A stretch of 64,000 bases of DNA from an uncultured Gammaproteobacteria bacterium (GTDB lineage Bacteria; Pseudomonadota; Gammaproteobacteria; Pseudomonadales; Oceanobacteraceae), in the NCBI GenBank assembly GCA_963851095.1, contig CAWKOX010000033.1:179312-243311 (forward strand), given 5' to 3'. The position numbers and the translations under genes are program-made. Within the stretch, counting starts at the first letter, position 1. Each line of letters begins with the position of its first letter. Positions 46,899 through 55,479 of this stretch are shown here, piece after piece. The notes under the pieces are model-generated. The model did no database searches. It had not been told where the DNA came from and saw only the letters and a list, made by a program, of their open reading frames with translations.

Positions 46899-48800
46899 AT
46901 GCTCAATAAATACCCATTATGGAAAAATATACTGATTGTATTAGTGTTGGCATTGGCCACCATTTATTCAGTACCGAATTTATACCCACCAGATCCAGCG
47001 ATTCAAATAACGCCGAATCAGGCGGGTGCAGAATTAAGTGAGCGTTCGTTAGAACAGATCCGCGCTAACTTAAAAGAAAATGGCATTGATTTCTTTGGGG
47101 AAGAAGCCACTGGTGGGACGGTTTTATTTCGTTTAACCGATAGCGAACAACAGTTACCTGCTAAAGATAAGTTACAGCGTGCTTTGGGTGATGAATTTGT
47201 TGTTGCTTTAAACCGTGCGCCAACAACACCACAATGGTTATTAGATATGGGCGCAGGCCCAATGACATTGGGTCTTGATTTGAGTGGTGGTGTGCACTTC
47301 TTAATGGAAGTGGACATGGAAGGCTACATGAAAGGTCAGATGAAAAACTATCAGGCTGAAGTGAAGCGTCAACTCCGTGAAGAAGACATTCGATATCGTC
47401 GTGTGACAATTGAAGAAAATAGCTTACGTATTAGCTTTAAATCAGAAGAGCTTCAAGAAGCGGGTGATTCGTACTTGCGCCGTGCTATGACAGATTTTCG
47501 TGCGTCGACTGAAAGTAATGAAACTTTTGATGTGATCATTGCGTTGACTGAGCAAAAGCGCAAAGACTTACAGAACTATGCGGTAAAACAAAACTTAACC
47601 ACTATTCGTAATCGTGTGAATGAGTTGGGTGTTGCTGAACCTTTGGTGCAACGCCAAGGCGCTAACCGTATTGTGGTACAGCTACCGGGTGTTCAAGATA
47701 CGGCAACGGCTAAGAAGGTTTTGGGTAAGGCCGCTAACCTATCTTTCCGTTTAGAAGCTGAACCTGATGCAAGTCGTTATTCAAGCGAAGAGTATGCTTT
47801 TAGAACGAATGAGTTCCGCACCGCGCGTGTAGAAAAAAATGAGATCATTTCTGGTGATCGCGTTACCAATGCTCAACCTTCTTTTGATGAGAACGGTCAG
47901 CCGCAAGTAAATATCAGTCTTGATTCTACTGGCGCTAATATTATGGCCAAAGTGACACGTAAGTCGATTAAGCGCCGTATGGCGGTTTTGTTTATTGAGC
48001 AAAAGCCTACGACTCGTTATCAAATGGAAGATGGCCGCGAAGTGGCAGTCACAAAATATACCGAAACACGCGGTATTATTTCTTTGGCGACCATTCAAAG
48101 TCAGTTAGGTGCGAGTTTCCGTATTACGGGTTTAGAGCCTGCTGAAGCGTCTGAGCTTGCATTATTATTACGTGCGGGTGCATTAGCAGCGCCGATGTAT
48201 TTTGTTGAAGAACGTACCGTTGGCCCAAGCCTGGGTAAGGAAAATATTGAACAGGGTGTTATGTCTGTCTTGGTTGGGCTTGCGTTAGTGCTTGTCTTTA
48301 TGATGGTTTTCTATCGTCTATTCGGCTTCTTTGCAAATATCGCCTTATTCTTTAACTTGGTGATTTTGATTGCTTTGATGTCGCTTATTGGGGCAACGCT
48401 AACCCTTCCTGGAATCGCGGGTATTGTATTAACCGTCGGTATGGCGGTTGATGCGAATGTACTTATTTTCTCGCGAATTCGTGAAGAGATGAATGCAGGG
48501 CGCTCACCGCAGCATGCGATTAATGAAGGTTATGATCGTGCTTTTGTGACCATTTTTGATGCCAACTTAACGACCTTGATTGTTGCCGTTATTTTGTTTG
48601 CTGTTGGTACAGGCCCTGTTAAAGGCTTCGCGGTCACTCTATCACTGGGTATCATCACCTCGATGTTTACTGCGATTGTATTGACGCGTTCGTTGGTTAA
48701 CTTTACTTATGGTGGTCGTCGAATCAATACACTGTCTATCGGTGGCATTAATAAAAGAGACGGTTCAGCTAATGAGCTGACAGCAGAGGAGGCTAAGTAA
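46899..48800 (+). CDS. secD: protein translocase subunit SecD
   Basis: About 633 aa. MLNKYP.WK, a large periplasmic P1 domain, and a C-terminal 6-TM RND-like core (..GIAGIVLT.GMAVDANVLIF.RIREE...G..). Confidence 0.92.
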   Translation: MLNKYPLWKNILIVLVLALATIYSVPNLYPPDPAIQITPNQAGAELSERSLEQIRANLKENGIDFFGEEATGGTVLFRLTDSEQQLPAKDKLQRALGDEFVVALNRAPTTPQWLLDMGAGPMTLGLDLSGGVHFLMEVDMEGYMKGQMKNYQAEVKRQLREEDIRYRRVTIEENSLRISFKSEELQEAGDSYLRRAMTDFRASTESNETFDVIIALTEQKRKDLQNYAVKQNLTTIRNRVNELGVAEPLVQRQGANRIVVQLPGVQDTATAKKVLGKAANLSFRLEAEPDASRYSSEEYAFRTNEFRTARVEKNEIISGDRVTNAQPSFDENGQPQVNISLDSTGANIMAKVTRKSIKRRMAVLFIEQKPTTRYQMEDGREVAVTKYTETRGIISLATIQSQLGASFRITGLEPAEASELALLLRAGALAAPMYFVEERTVGPSLGKENIEQGVMSVLVGLALVLVFMMVFYRLFGFFANIALFFNLVILIALMSLIGATLTLPGIAGIVLTVGMAVDANVLIFSRIREEMNAGRSPQHAINEGYDRAFVTIFDANLTTLIVAVILFAVGTGPVKGFAVTLSLGIITSMFTAIVLTRSLVNFTYGGRRINTLSIGGINKRDGSANELTAEEAK

Positions 48801-49735
48801 TGGCTAAAGAATTGAATTTTGACTTCATGAAGCTACGTAATATAGCCATGGTATTTTCTGCAATATTGTTAATTGTTTCTATTACTGCATTAGTTACGCG
48901 CGGTTTGAACTTAGGTTTAGATTTTACCGGGGGAACTTTGCTTGAGGTTTCTTATCAGCAGCCAGCGGATATTGAAAAAATTCGCGGGCAGTTAGATGAA
49001 TCCGGTTTCCTCGGTTCTACGGTGCAGCATTTTGGCAGCGAGACCGATGTTCTAATTCGTATGGCAGAAGCGTATCGCGATACTTTAGGTGCTGAAGTAC
49101 TTGAAACATTACGTGCAGGCAGTATTGAAGATGGAAATGCCTTCAATGATGTTGAACTGCGTCGAAGTGAATTTGTGGGCAGTCAAGTGGGTGAAGAGCT
49201 ACGTGACCAGGGCGGTTTAGCATTGCTAATGGCTTTGTTCGTAGTGATGCTTTATGTGAGCTTCCGCTTTCAGTTCAAGTTCTCGGTAGGGGCTGTTTTC
49301 GCATTGTTCCATGATGTTGTCATTATCTTAGGCTTCTTTGCTTTGTTTCAGTGGGATTTTGATTTAACCGTATTTGCAGCGTTGCTTGCCGTAATTGGTT
49401 ATTCGTTGAATGATACGATTGTTGTTGCGGATCGAATTCGTGAAAACTTCCGTATGGTTCGTAAGGGCGATACGATCGAAATTATTAATATTTCATTGAA
49501 CCAGACCCTTGGTCGCACCATCATGACATCGGTAACAACCGCATTGGTATTGCTGGCATTAATGTTTTGGGGTGGCGAGCTTATTCATAACTTCGCGCTA
49601 GGCTTGTTCATTGGTGTGATTGTTGGTACGTATTCTTCGATTTATGTTGCAGCGAATATTCTGTTATTAATGAATATTTCACGTGAAGATCTTATTCCGG
49701 CGGAACTCGAAGAAGAAGTTGATGATATGCCTTAA
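48800..49735 (+). CDS. secF: protein translocase subunit SecF
   Basis: 311 aa. GLDFTGGT, IGYS.NDTIVV.DRIREN. The start overlaps the secD stop. Confidence 0.92.
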   Translation: MAKELNFDFMKLRNIAMVFSAILLIVSITALVTRGLNLGLDFTGGTLLEVSYQQPADIEKIRGQLDESGFLGSTVQHFGSETDVLIRMAEAYRDTLGAEVLETLRAGSIEDGNAFNDVELRRSEFVGSQVGEELRDQGGLALLMALFVVMLYVSFRFQFKFSVGAVFALFHDVVIILGFFALFQWDFDLTVFAALLAVIGYSLNDTIVVADRIRENFRMVRKGDTIEIINISLNQTLGRTIMTSVTTALVLLALMFWGGELIHNFALGLFIGVIVGTYSSIYVAANILLLMNISREDLIPAELEEEVDDMP

Positions 49736-49770
49736 TGGCCAATTAACGGATTGTTTAGTTAGTTAAAAGC

Positions 49771-49808
49771 AAAAAAACTCTGGTTAGCGTTCGTTAACCA
49801 GAGTTTTT
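49771..49808. terminator. bidirectional terminator between secF and the MshEN-motif gene
   Basis: AAAAAAA-ctctggtta-N8-taaccagag-TTTTT (10-bp stem including the flanking a/t pair). Confidence 0.65.
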
Positions 49809-49855
49809 GCGTTTTGTACTTGATGTTCTAGTAATAAAAACCTGGTCCGTAAGGA

Positions 49856-50569
49856 CTATGAGTCATGCATTCTAATGGTGACATTCACATTAGATAAGTC
49901 GATATCTTTAATATAAACATCTCCCATGCTATGTCCTTCACCACCTTTCACTCGTACATTTCTAAACGCTATCTGGCCAATATGAGTTGGAAGAGCAACG
50001 GCAATACTGCCATCAGCATTGGCGGTGGTTCTTTCACCTTCGCCATAGGTAACATTCGACATTTCAACGTCGGCATCTAATAAGTTAGTTGCGGGCATCA
50101 ATAGATTACTCAATGTTTCTATCGTGCTTTCACCATTATCACTGGTATCTACCACATTATTCATAATGTCTTGAATATTAGGTACATTAGAATTGACCCC
50201 TTGTGCGGTTATATTTCCCATCGCTGCATCGCTCATGGGTGTTAAACCTGAGGCTTTCTTTTCAATAACCTGCTCTGTACTAATTGATTCACGTTCAATA
50301 TTGGCTGATGCCATAAACGGTTGAATAGGGCCTAATAGTAAGGCGGTGAAAGCAGCAGCATAGCGGTAGCGAGATTGTTTTTTTAACGCTCGATTTAGTT
50401 GTCGTTCGGTAATCCAGCCTTGATCAATTAAGACTTCACCGAGTCGCATGTCGGTTTTGCCTTGAATCTGCAAGGCCTGATCTAGTTGGGCTCTTGTAAT
50501 AAAACCTTTATTGATAAGCAGAAGACCTAATCGAGACTTCTGCTGAATCTCTTGCTTTCTTTGCATCAT
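49856..50569 (-). CDS. small membrane protein with an N-terminal tandem MshEN-type c-di-GMP-binding motif and an uncharacterised extracytoplasmic domain
   Basis: From the internal ATG at 50569: MMQRKQEIQQKS-RLGLLLINKGFITRAQLDQALQIQ-GKTDM-RLGEVLIDQGWITERQLNRALKKQ. That is two 24-residue RLGxxLIxxGxIxxxxLxxALxxQ motifs separated by exactly 5 residues. A hydrophobic segment follows (AAAFTALLLGPIQPFMASA), then about 150 aa with no motif I recognise. Confidence 0.6.
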   Translation of the reverse strand: MMQRKQEIQQKSRLGLLLINKGFITRAQLDQALQIQGKTDMRLGEVLIDQGWITERQLNRALKKQSRYRYAAAFTALLLGPIQPFMASANIERESISTEQVIEKKASGLTPMSDAAMGNITAQGVNSNVPNIQDIMNNVVDTSDNGESTIETLSNLLMPATNLLDADVEMSNVTYGEGERTTANADGSIAVALPTHIGQIAFRNVRVKGGEGHSMGDVYIKDIDLSNVNVTIRMHDS

Positions 50570-51007
50570 GAATTGGCCCTGTATTCTATTATTTATTATT
50601 AGTAGACCCTCAATCATATAGGGACTTACTAATGCTGCCTGTGTCTTATCTGTTAAACAACAACAAGGTTCTGACAGTATTTATGAAGTCGCATAAATAC
50701 TCTTTAAGTCTTTGAAATATATAGATAAAACGCTTATGAAACGGTTTGTTACCAAACACTTTTTATTGTGTAAGGATGATACTTATCAGTATAGACAGGA
50801 TTAAAAGGTTGGATGTTGAAAGTTCAGAATTTGTACAAAAAATTACTAATATTGACGCATTTTAAGGAAAGTTGGATAAATTAAGCCGCAATTGATCTAC
50901 AGCTATGCCCTAAGTGCTTTAATTCCCCTATAATCGATCTTTATAAATAAACAGTTCTAGTATCGTTATATGCCTCATTGTTATTGAGGATTTTTGGAGA
51001 GTAATGA

Positions 51008-51967
<960 letters not shown>

Positions 51968-51991
51968 GATGCATCTAATAAAAAAAGCGCT

Positions 51992-53176
51992 TTAAGCGCT
52001 TTTTTTATTTTCAATAGCGTCTGCCGAAGTCTTGCCTAAAAAGAAACGTTCGATCTCATCTCTTCGTGCCATGCCATCTTTGTAGCCTAATGCAATTAGG
52101 TCTTTACAGAACCCACTTGAAAACAGTAAATAACTTAAAATTCCCGAGCCATTGCGGCTGGTATTGCCACTTCCCCCTAAGGCTAGACGAATTACACGCG
52201 GTAGTTCATCGACATGACGTCCTGCTATTTCGTCCATTGAAGAGCTGGGGTTAATCTCTAGCAGTTCAATCGGTTTGAGTTCCATACCATGTTTTTTTCG
52301 AACGTCTTCCGGAATTTTATCGACGGTGCGATTAATGCGTTGCAATCGCTCTACGTCGGTTTCCATACTGTCGAGGAAGGCTGCGTTCAACATATGTCCC
52401 ATAACGGAAGCTGGTGTCGGGTAGGCGGTCGCTTCAACTTTTTCTTTGCGTTTATGTGCTTCGCCACTGACCCCAATGACTAATATCTTTTCAGCGCCTA
52501 AATGCAGGGCAGGGCTTATCGGGGCGAGCTGACGTACTGCACCATCCGCATAATATTCTTGATTGATTTTTACTGAAGGAAAGATCATAGGGATAGCCGA
52601 AGACGCCATTAAATGATCGATACCAATGCGTGATCGATAGCCAATTCGACGATGGCGCTGCCAATTTACAATGCTGTAGTGGCCTTGAAAGAAACTCACG
52701 GATTCGCCGCTGTCTAGGCCCGAGCCCGTGACGCACATGGCGTGCAATGCCCCGCTATCAATGGCTTTTTGAATGTTGTCGAACTTAATAACTTCGCTAA
52801 GCAGGTCGCGCAAAGGTGCATTATCTAATAATGAAACGCGGTCGTGTTTGTACTTACGGCCGATTAAGGTGGTGCGAGTTAGGCGAGAAAGAGTTTTTAC
52901 TACTCCTTTAAAGTCAGTACGGTAGATAAGATTAGGCTTGAAGTTTGTCCAAATTCTTTCGAGGTGGCGAATACCAATATGATGGTGCTCAGCATAACTG
53001 GCCAAGGCAACACCGTTAATAGCCCCTGCTGATGTGCCAGCAATGATGTCGTAAGGATTTCCCAGGGTCTTGGGCAATATTTTATTAATCGCCTTTAACA
53101 CACCTACTTGATAGGCCGCTCGTGCGCCACCACCCGATAGGATTAAGCCGATTTTTTTATGGTCAGTGCCAATCAT
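51992..53176 (-). CDS. patatin-like phospholipase family protein
   Basis: 394 aa. Oxyanion GGGARAAY, nucleophile elbow GTSAGA, and the catalytic Asp in a DGA context (YADGAVRQ). Confidence 0.8.
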   Translation of the reverse strand: MIGTDHKKIGLILSGGGARAAYQVGVLKAINKILPKTLGNPYDIIAGTSAGAINGVALASYAEHHHIGIRHLERIWTNFKPNLIYRTDFKGVVKTLSRLTRTTLIGRKYKHDRVSLLDNAPLRDLLSEVIKFDNIQKAIDSGALHAMCVTGSGLDSGESVSFFQGHYSIVNWQRHRRIGYRSRIGIDHLMASSAIPMIFPSVKINQEYYADGAVRQLAPISPALHLGAEKILVIGVSGEAHKRKEKVEATAYPTPASVMGHMLNAAFLDSMETDVERLQRINRTVDKIPEDVRKKHGMELKPIELLEINPSSSMDEIAGRHVDELPRVIRLALGGSGNTSRNGSGILSYLLFSSGFCKDLIALGYKDGMARRDEIERFFLGKTSADAIENKKSA

Positions 53177-53262
53177 GTGAGAACTTTTCTTAGAATATGT
53201 TATTAGCTTTCAGTATAGAGCATAATATGGATCCTTGAGAATGACTGATAAAAGGTTTCAAC

Positions 53263-53919
53263 ATGTTCAGCGGTATCGTGCAGACTAAATTAGCTATAAA
53301 AGAAATTATCAAACAGGCCGACTTTGCTAGCCTGGTTTATGATTTTTCCGCCCAATTTGCCGCCGGTTTACAGCTAGGCGCATCGGTTGCTCAAAACGGC
53401 GTATGCTTGACTGTTCGCACCATGACACCCAATGAAGACGGCAGTATTCGTGTTAGTTTTGATGCGATCGCACAAACGTTAAAGCTGACTAACTTGGCAG
53501 ATCTTAAAAGCGGTGATGAAGTGAACATTGAACGAGCCGCGCGCTTTGGCGATGAAATCGGCGGGCATGTGGTTTCTGGGCATGTCTTTGGTTGTATTCG
53601 AGTATTATCCGTTGAGCAAGACGCACTTAATATGCGATTGGTCTTCGAAAGACCGGCTGAATTAAGACCTTATCTTTTGAACAAAGGGTTTGTTGCGCTA
53701 AATGGCTGTAGTTTGACGATTGCTGAAGTGACTCAAGATACGTTTACTGTTTGTTTGATTCCAGAAACTCGTGACGTCACGGTGTTTGGCACGATTGAAG
53801 TGGGTGCCAAGGTCAATTTAGAAATAGACCCTAGCACTCAAGCAACGGTAGATACCATTAAAGAACTGATGGCATCAGGTCAATTGGCTGAACTTATAGC
53901 GACTGTAAAAAACGCATAA
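53263..53919 (+). CDS. ribE: riboflavin synthase (alpha chain)
   Basis: MFSGIV and internal two-fold repeat motifs (G.S.A.NG.CLTV / G..ALNG.SLT.). Confidence 0.88.
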   Translation: MFSGIVQTKLAIKEIIKQADFASLVYDFSAQFAAGLQLGASVAQNGVCLTVRTMTPNEDGSIRVSFDAIAQTLKLTNLADLKSGDEVNIERAARFGDEIGGHVVSGHVFGCIRVLSVEQDALNMRLVFERPAELRPYLLNKGFVALNGCSLTIAEVTQDTFTVCLIPETRDVTVFGTIEVGAKVNLEIDPSTQATVDTIKELMASGQLAELIATVKNA

Positions 53920-54163
53920 TATCCATAGATTCAAACATCCACTTGCTTTCGCTGCCTGTTTCAATGCGCAAGCAAGGTACGGTAGAGCGTCCAGTTGCTT
54001 TCTGTAGGGCGTTTCTATGCTGTGGGTCAGACATTGTATTGCATAGCTTTACCTCAACCTTGAGCCCTTTAAGTGAGCGTAATACGCGTGCACAAAATGG
54101 GCATGAATCGTAATAATAAAGTGAATACTGGGTACCCGCTGCTGAAGATTGAGTGTTACTCAT
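53894..54163 (-). CDS. glutaredoxin-like thioredoxin-fold protein (CPFC)
   Basis: 89 aa. LYYYDSCPFC.RV and TVPCL (cis-Pro loop). The 3' end overlaps the ribE 3' end by 26 bp (convergent). Confidence 0.65.
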   Translation of the reverse strand: MSNTQSSAAGTQYSLYYYDSCPFCARVLRSLKGLKVEVKLCNTMSDPQHRNALQKATGRSTVPCLRIETGSESKWMFESMDIMRFLQSL

Positions 54164-54210
54164 AATGCTGTATTCCCTGAAGAACTTAAATTAAATGGCT
54201 AGGCCAATAG

Positions 54211-54966
54211 ATGGATTATACCCAACATTTACTGTTATTTGTTATTGCTGTTATCGCCAATTGGTTTTCTGCCTTGGCGGGGGGTGGCGCAGGGCTGATT
54301 CAGTTGCCTATTTTGATCTTTATGGGGTTGCCGTTTTCGTTGGCATTGGCGACTCATAAAGTTGCTACGGTGGCGCTGGGGCTCGGGGCAACGATAAGGC
54401 ATGTCAAAGAAAAGCACAGCTCTATTCGATTATTAATGCTGATGTTAGCGGCAGGTATCCCTGGGGTTATTCTAGGTGCTTATATTATTATTGATGTTGA
54501 TGATCGCTGGGCGGAAATCATTCTGGGAGCCTTAACTTTAAGTCTCGCACTGTATTCAATAATGAAACCGGAGCTGGGGGTTGAAAGCAAGCCGCTGCAT
54601 CGGGACGTGGTGGGCATTCTAATCGGTGCTATGGGGTTATTTGTAATTGGCTTTGCTAATGGCGCCTTGTCTGCGGGTAGCGGTTTATTTGTGACATTAT
54701 GGCTAGTCTATTGGTTTGGTTTAGATTATCGCTTAGCGGTTGCTCATACTTTAATCGCGGTCGGATTAGGCTGGAACGCGTCAGGGGCGATCACCATGAC
54801 ATTGCTTGCGGAAGTTAAGTGGGATTGGTTGCCGGCCTTGTTACTAGGCTCTTTAGTCGGCGGCTATTTAGGTGCCCACAGTTCGATTAAAGCAGGCAGT
54901 ATTTGGATTAAACGCTGTTATGAACTCGTCACTTTCGTTGTGGGTATAAAATTATTACTGGGCTAG
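54211..54966 (+). CDS. TauE/SafE-family sulfite/anion exporter membrane protein
   Basis: 251 aa, about 8 TM segments, G-rich motifs (AGGGAGL...P.L) typical of TSUP/TauE. Confidence 0.8.
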   Translation: MDYTQHLLLFVIAVIANWFSALAGGGAGLIQLPILIFMGLPFSLALATHKVATVALGLGATIRHVKEKHSSIRLLMLMLAAGIPGVILGAYIIIDVDDRWAEIILGALTLSLALYSIMKPELGVESKPLHRDVVGILIGAMGLFVIGFANGALSAGSGLFVTLWLVYWFGLDYRLAVAHTLIAVGLGWNASGAITMTLLAEVKWDWLPALLLGSLVGGYLGAHSSIKAGSIWIKRCYELVTFVVGIKLLLG

Positions 54967-55004
54967 TTTAAAAGGCTGTTCGACTGGCTGAAAGGGGTGC
55001 TCGA

Positions 55005-55445
55005 TTAGTCGTGTGCTAGCCAGTCTTGCAGGATTTCTCGAATGTCGTCAAGCTGATAAGGCTTACTTAAATAGTCGTTCATGCCCGCCGCTAAGCAGCT
55101 TTCTTTATCGCTGGTTAATGCATTGGCGGTGACGGCAATGATGGGTGTATTGGCATAGCTCTCTTTGGAATTACGAATACATTTTGTCGCCTCAAAGCCA
55201 TCCATAACCGGCATCTGGCAGTCCATCAAAATTAAATCAAATACTTCGCCGTTAGCGTGAGCCTGTTCCAGTATCGTCAATGCTTTACCGCCATGATCTG
55301 CGGTTTGACTTTCAATATCTAATCGCTTCAACATTGTTTTAAGCACAACCTGATTAATATGGTTATCTTCAACGATGAGAACTTTAGGTGACTCGCTAGT
55401 TTGGGACTGATTAATTTGATTGATCTTACTATTACCTACTTTAAA
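55005..55445 (-). pseudogene. receiver (REC) domain lacking a canonical start codon, probably the 3' remnant of a hybrid sensor kinase
   Basis: The ORF-track ORF starts at the GTG at 55346. The same frame stays open upstream to a TAA at 55446-55448 and reads FKVGNSKINQINQSQTSESPKVLIVEDNHINQV-(V)LKTMLKRL.. So beta-1 and the acidic pair (VEDN) of the receiver lie upstream of the first ATG/GTG/TTG. The downstream part is intact (LILMDCQMPVMDG, AVTANA, LSKP). Confidence 0.5.
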
Positions 55446-55479
55446 TTAGTCGGTGACATCATACCGTGAAATGTCATGC

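Noticed and set aside
53177-53262. FMN riboswitch upstream of ribE
   Set aside because: Only 86 bp of intergenic sequence is available, and I could not find the conserved FMN-element core (the aptamer needs well over 100 nt).
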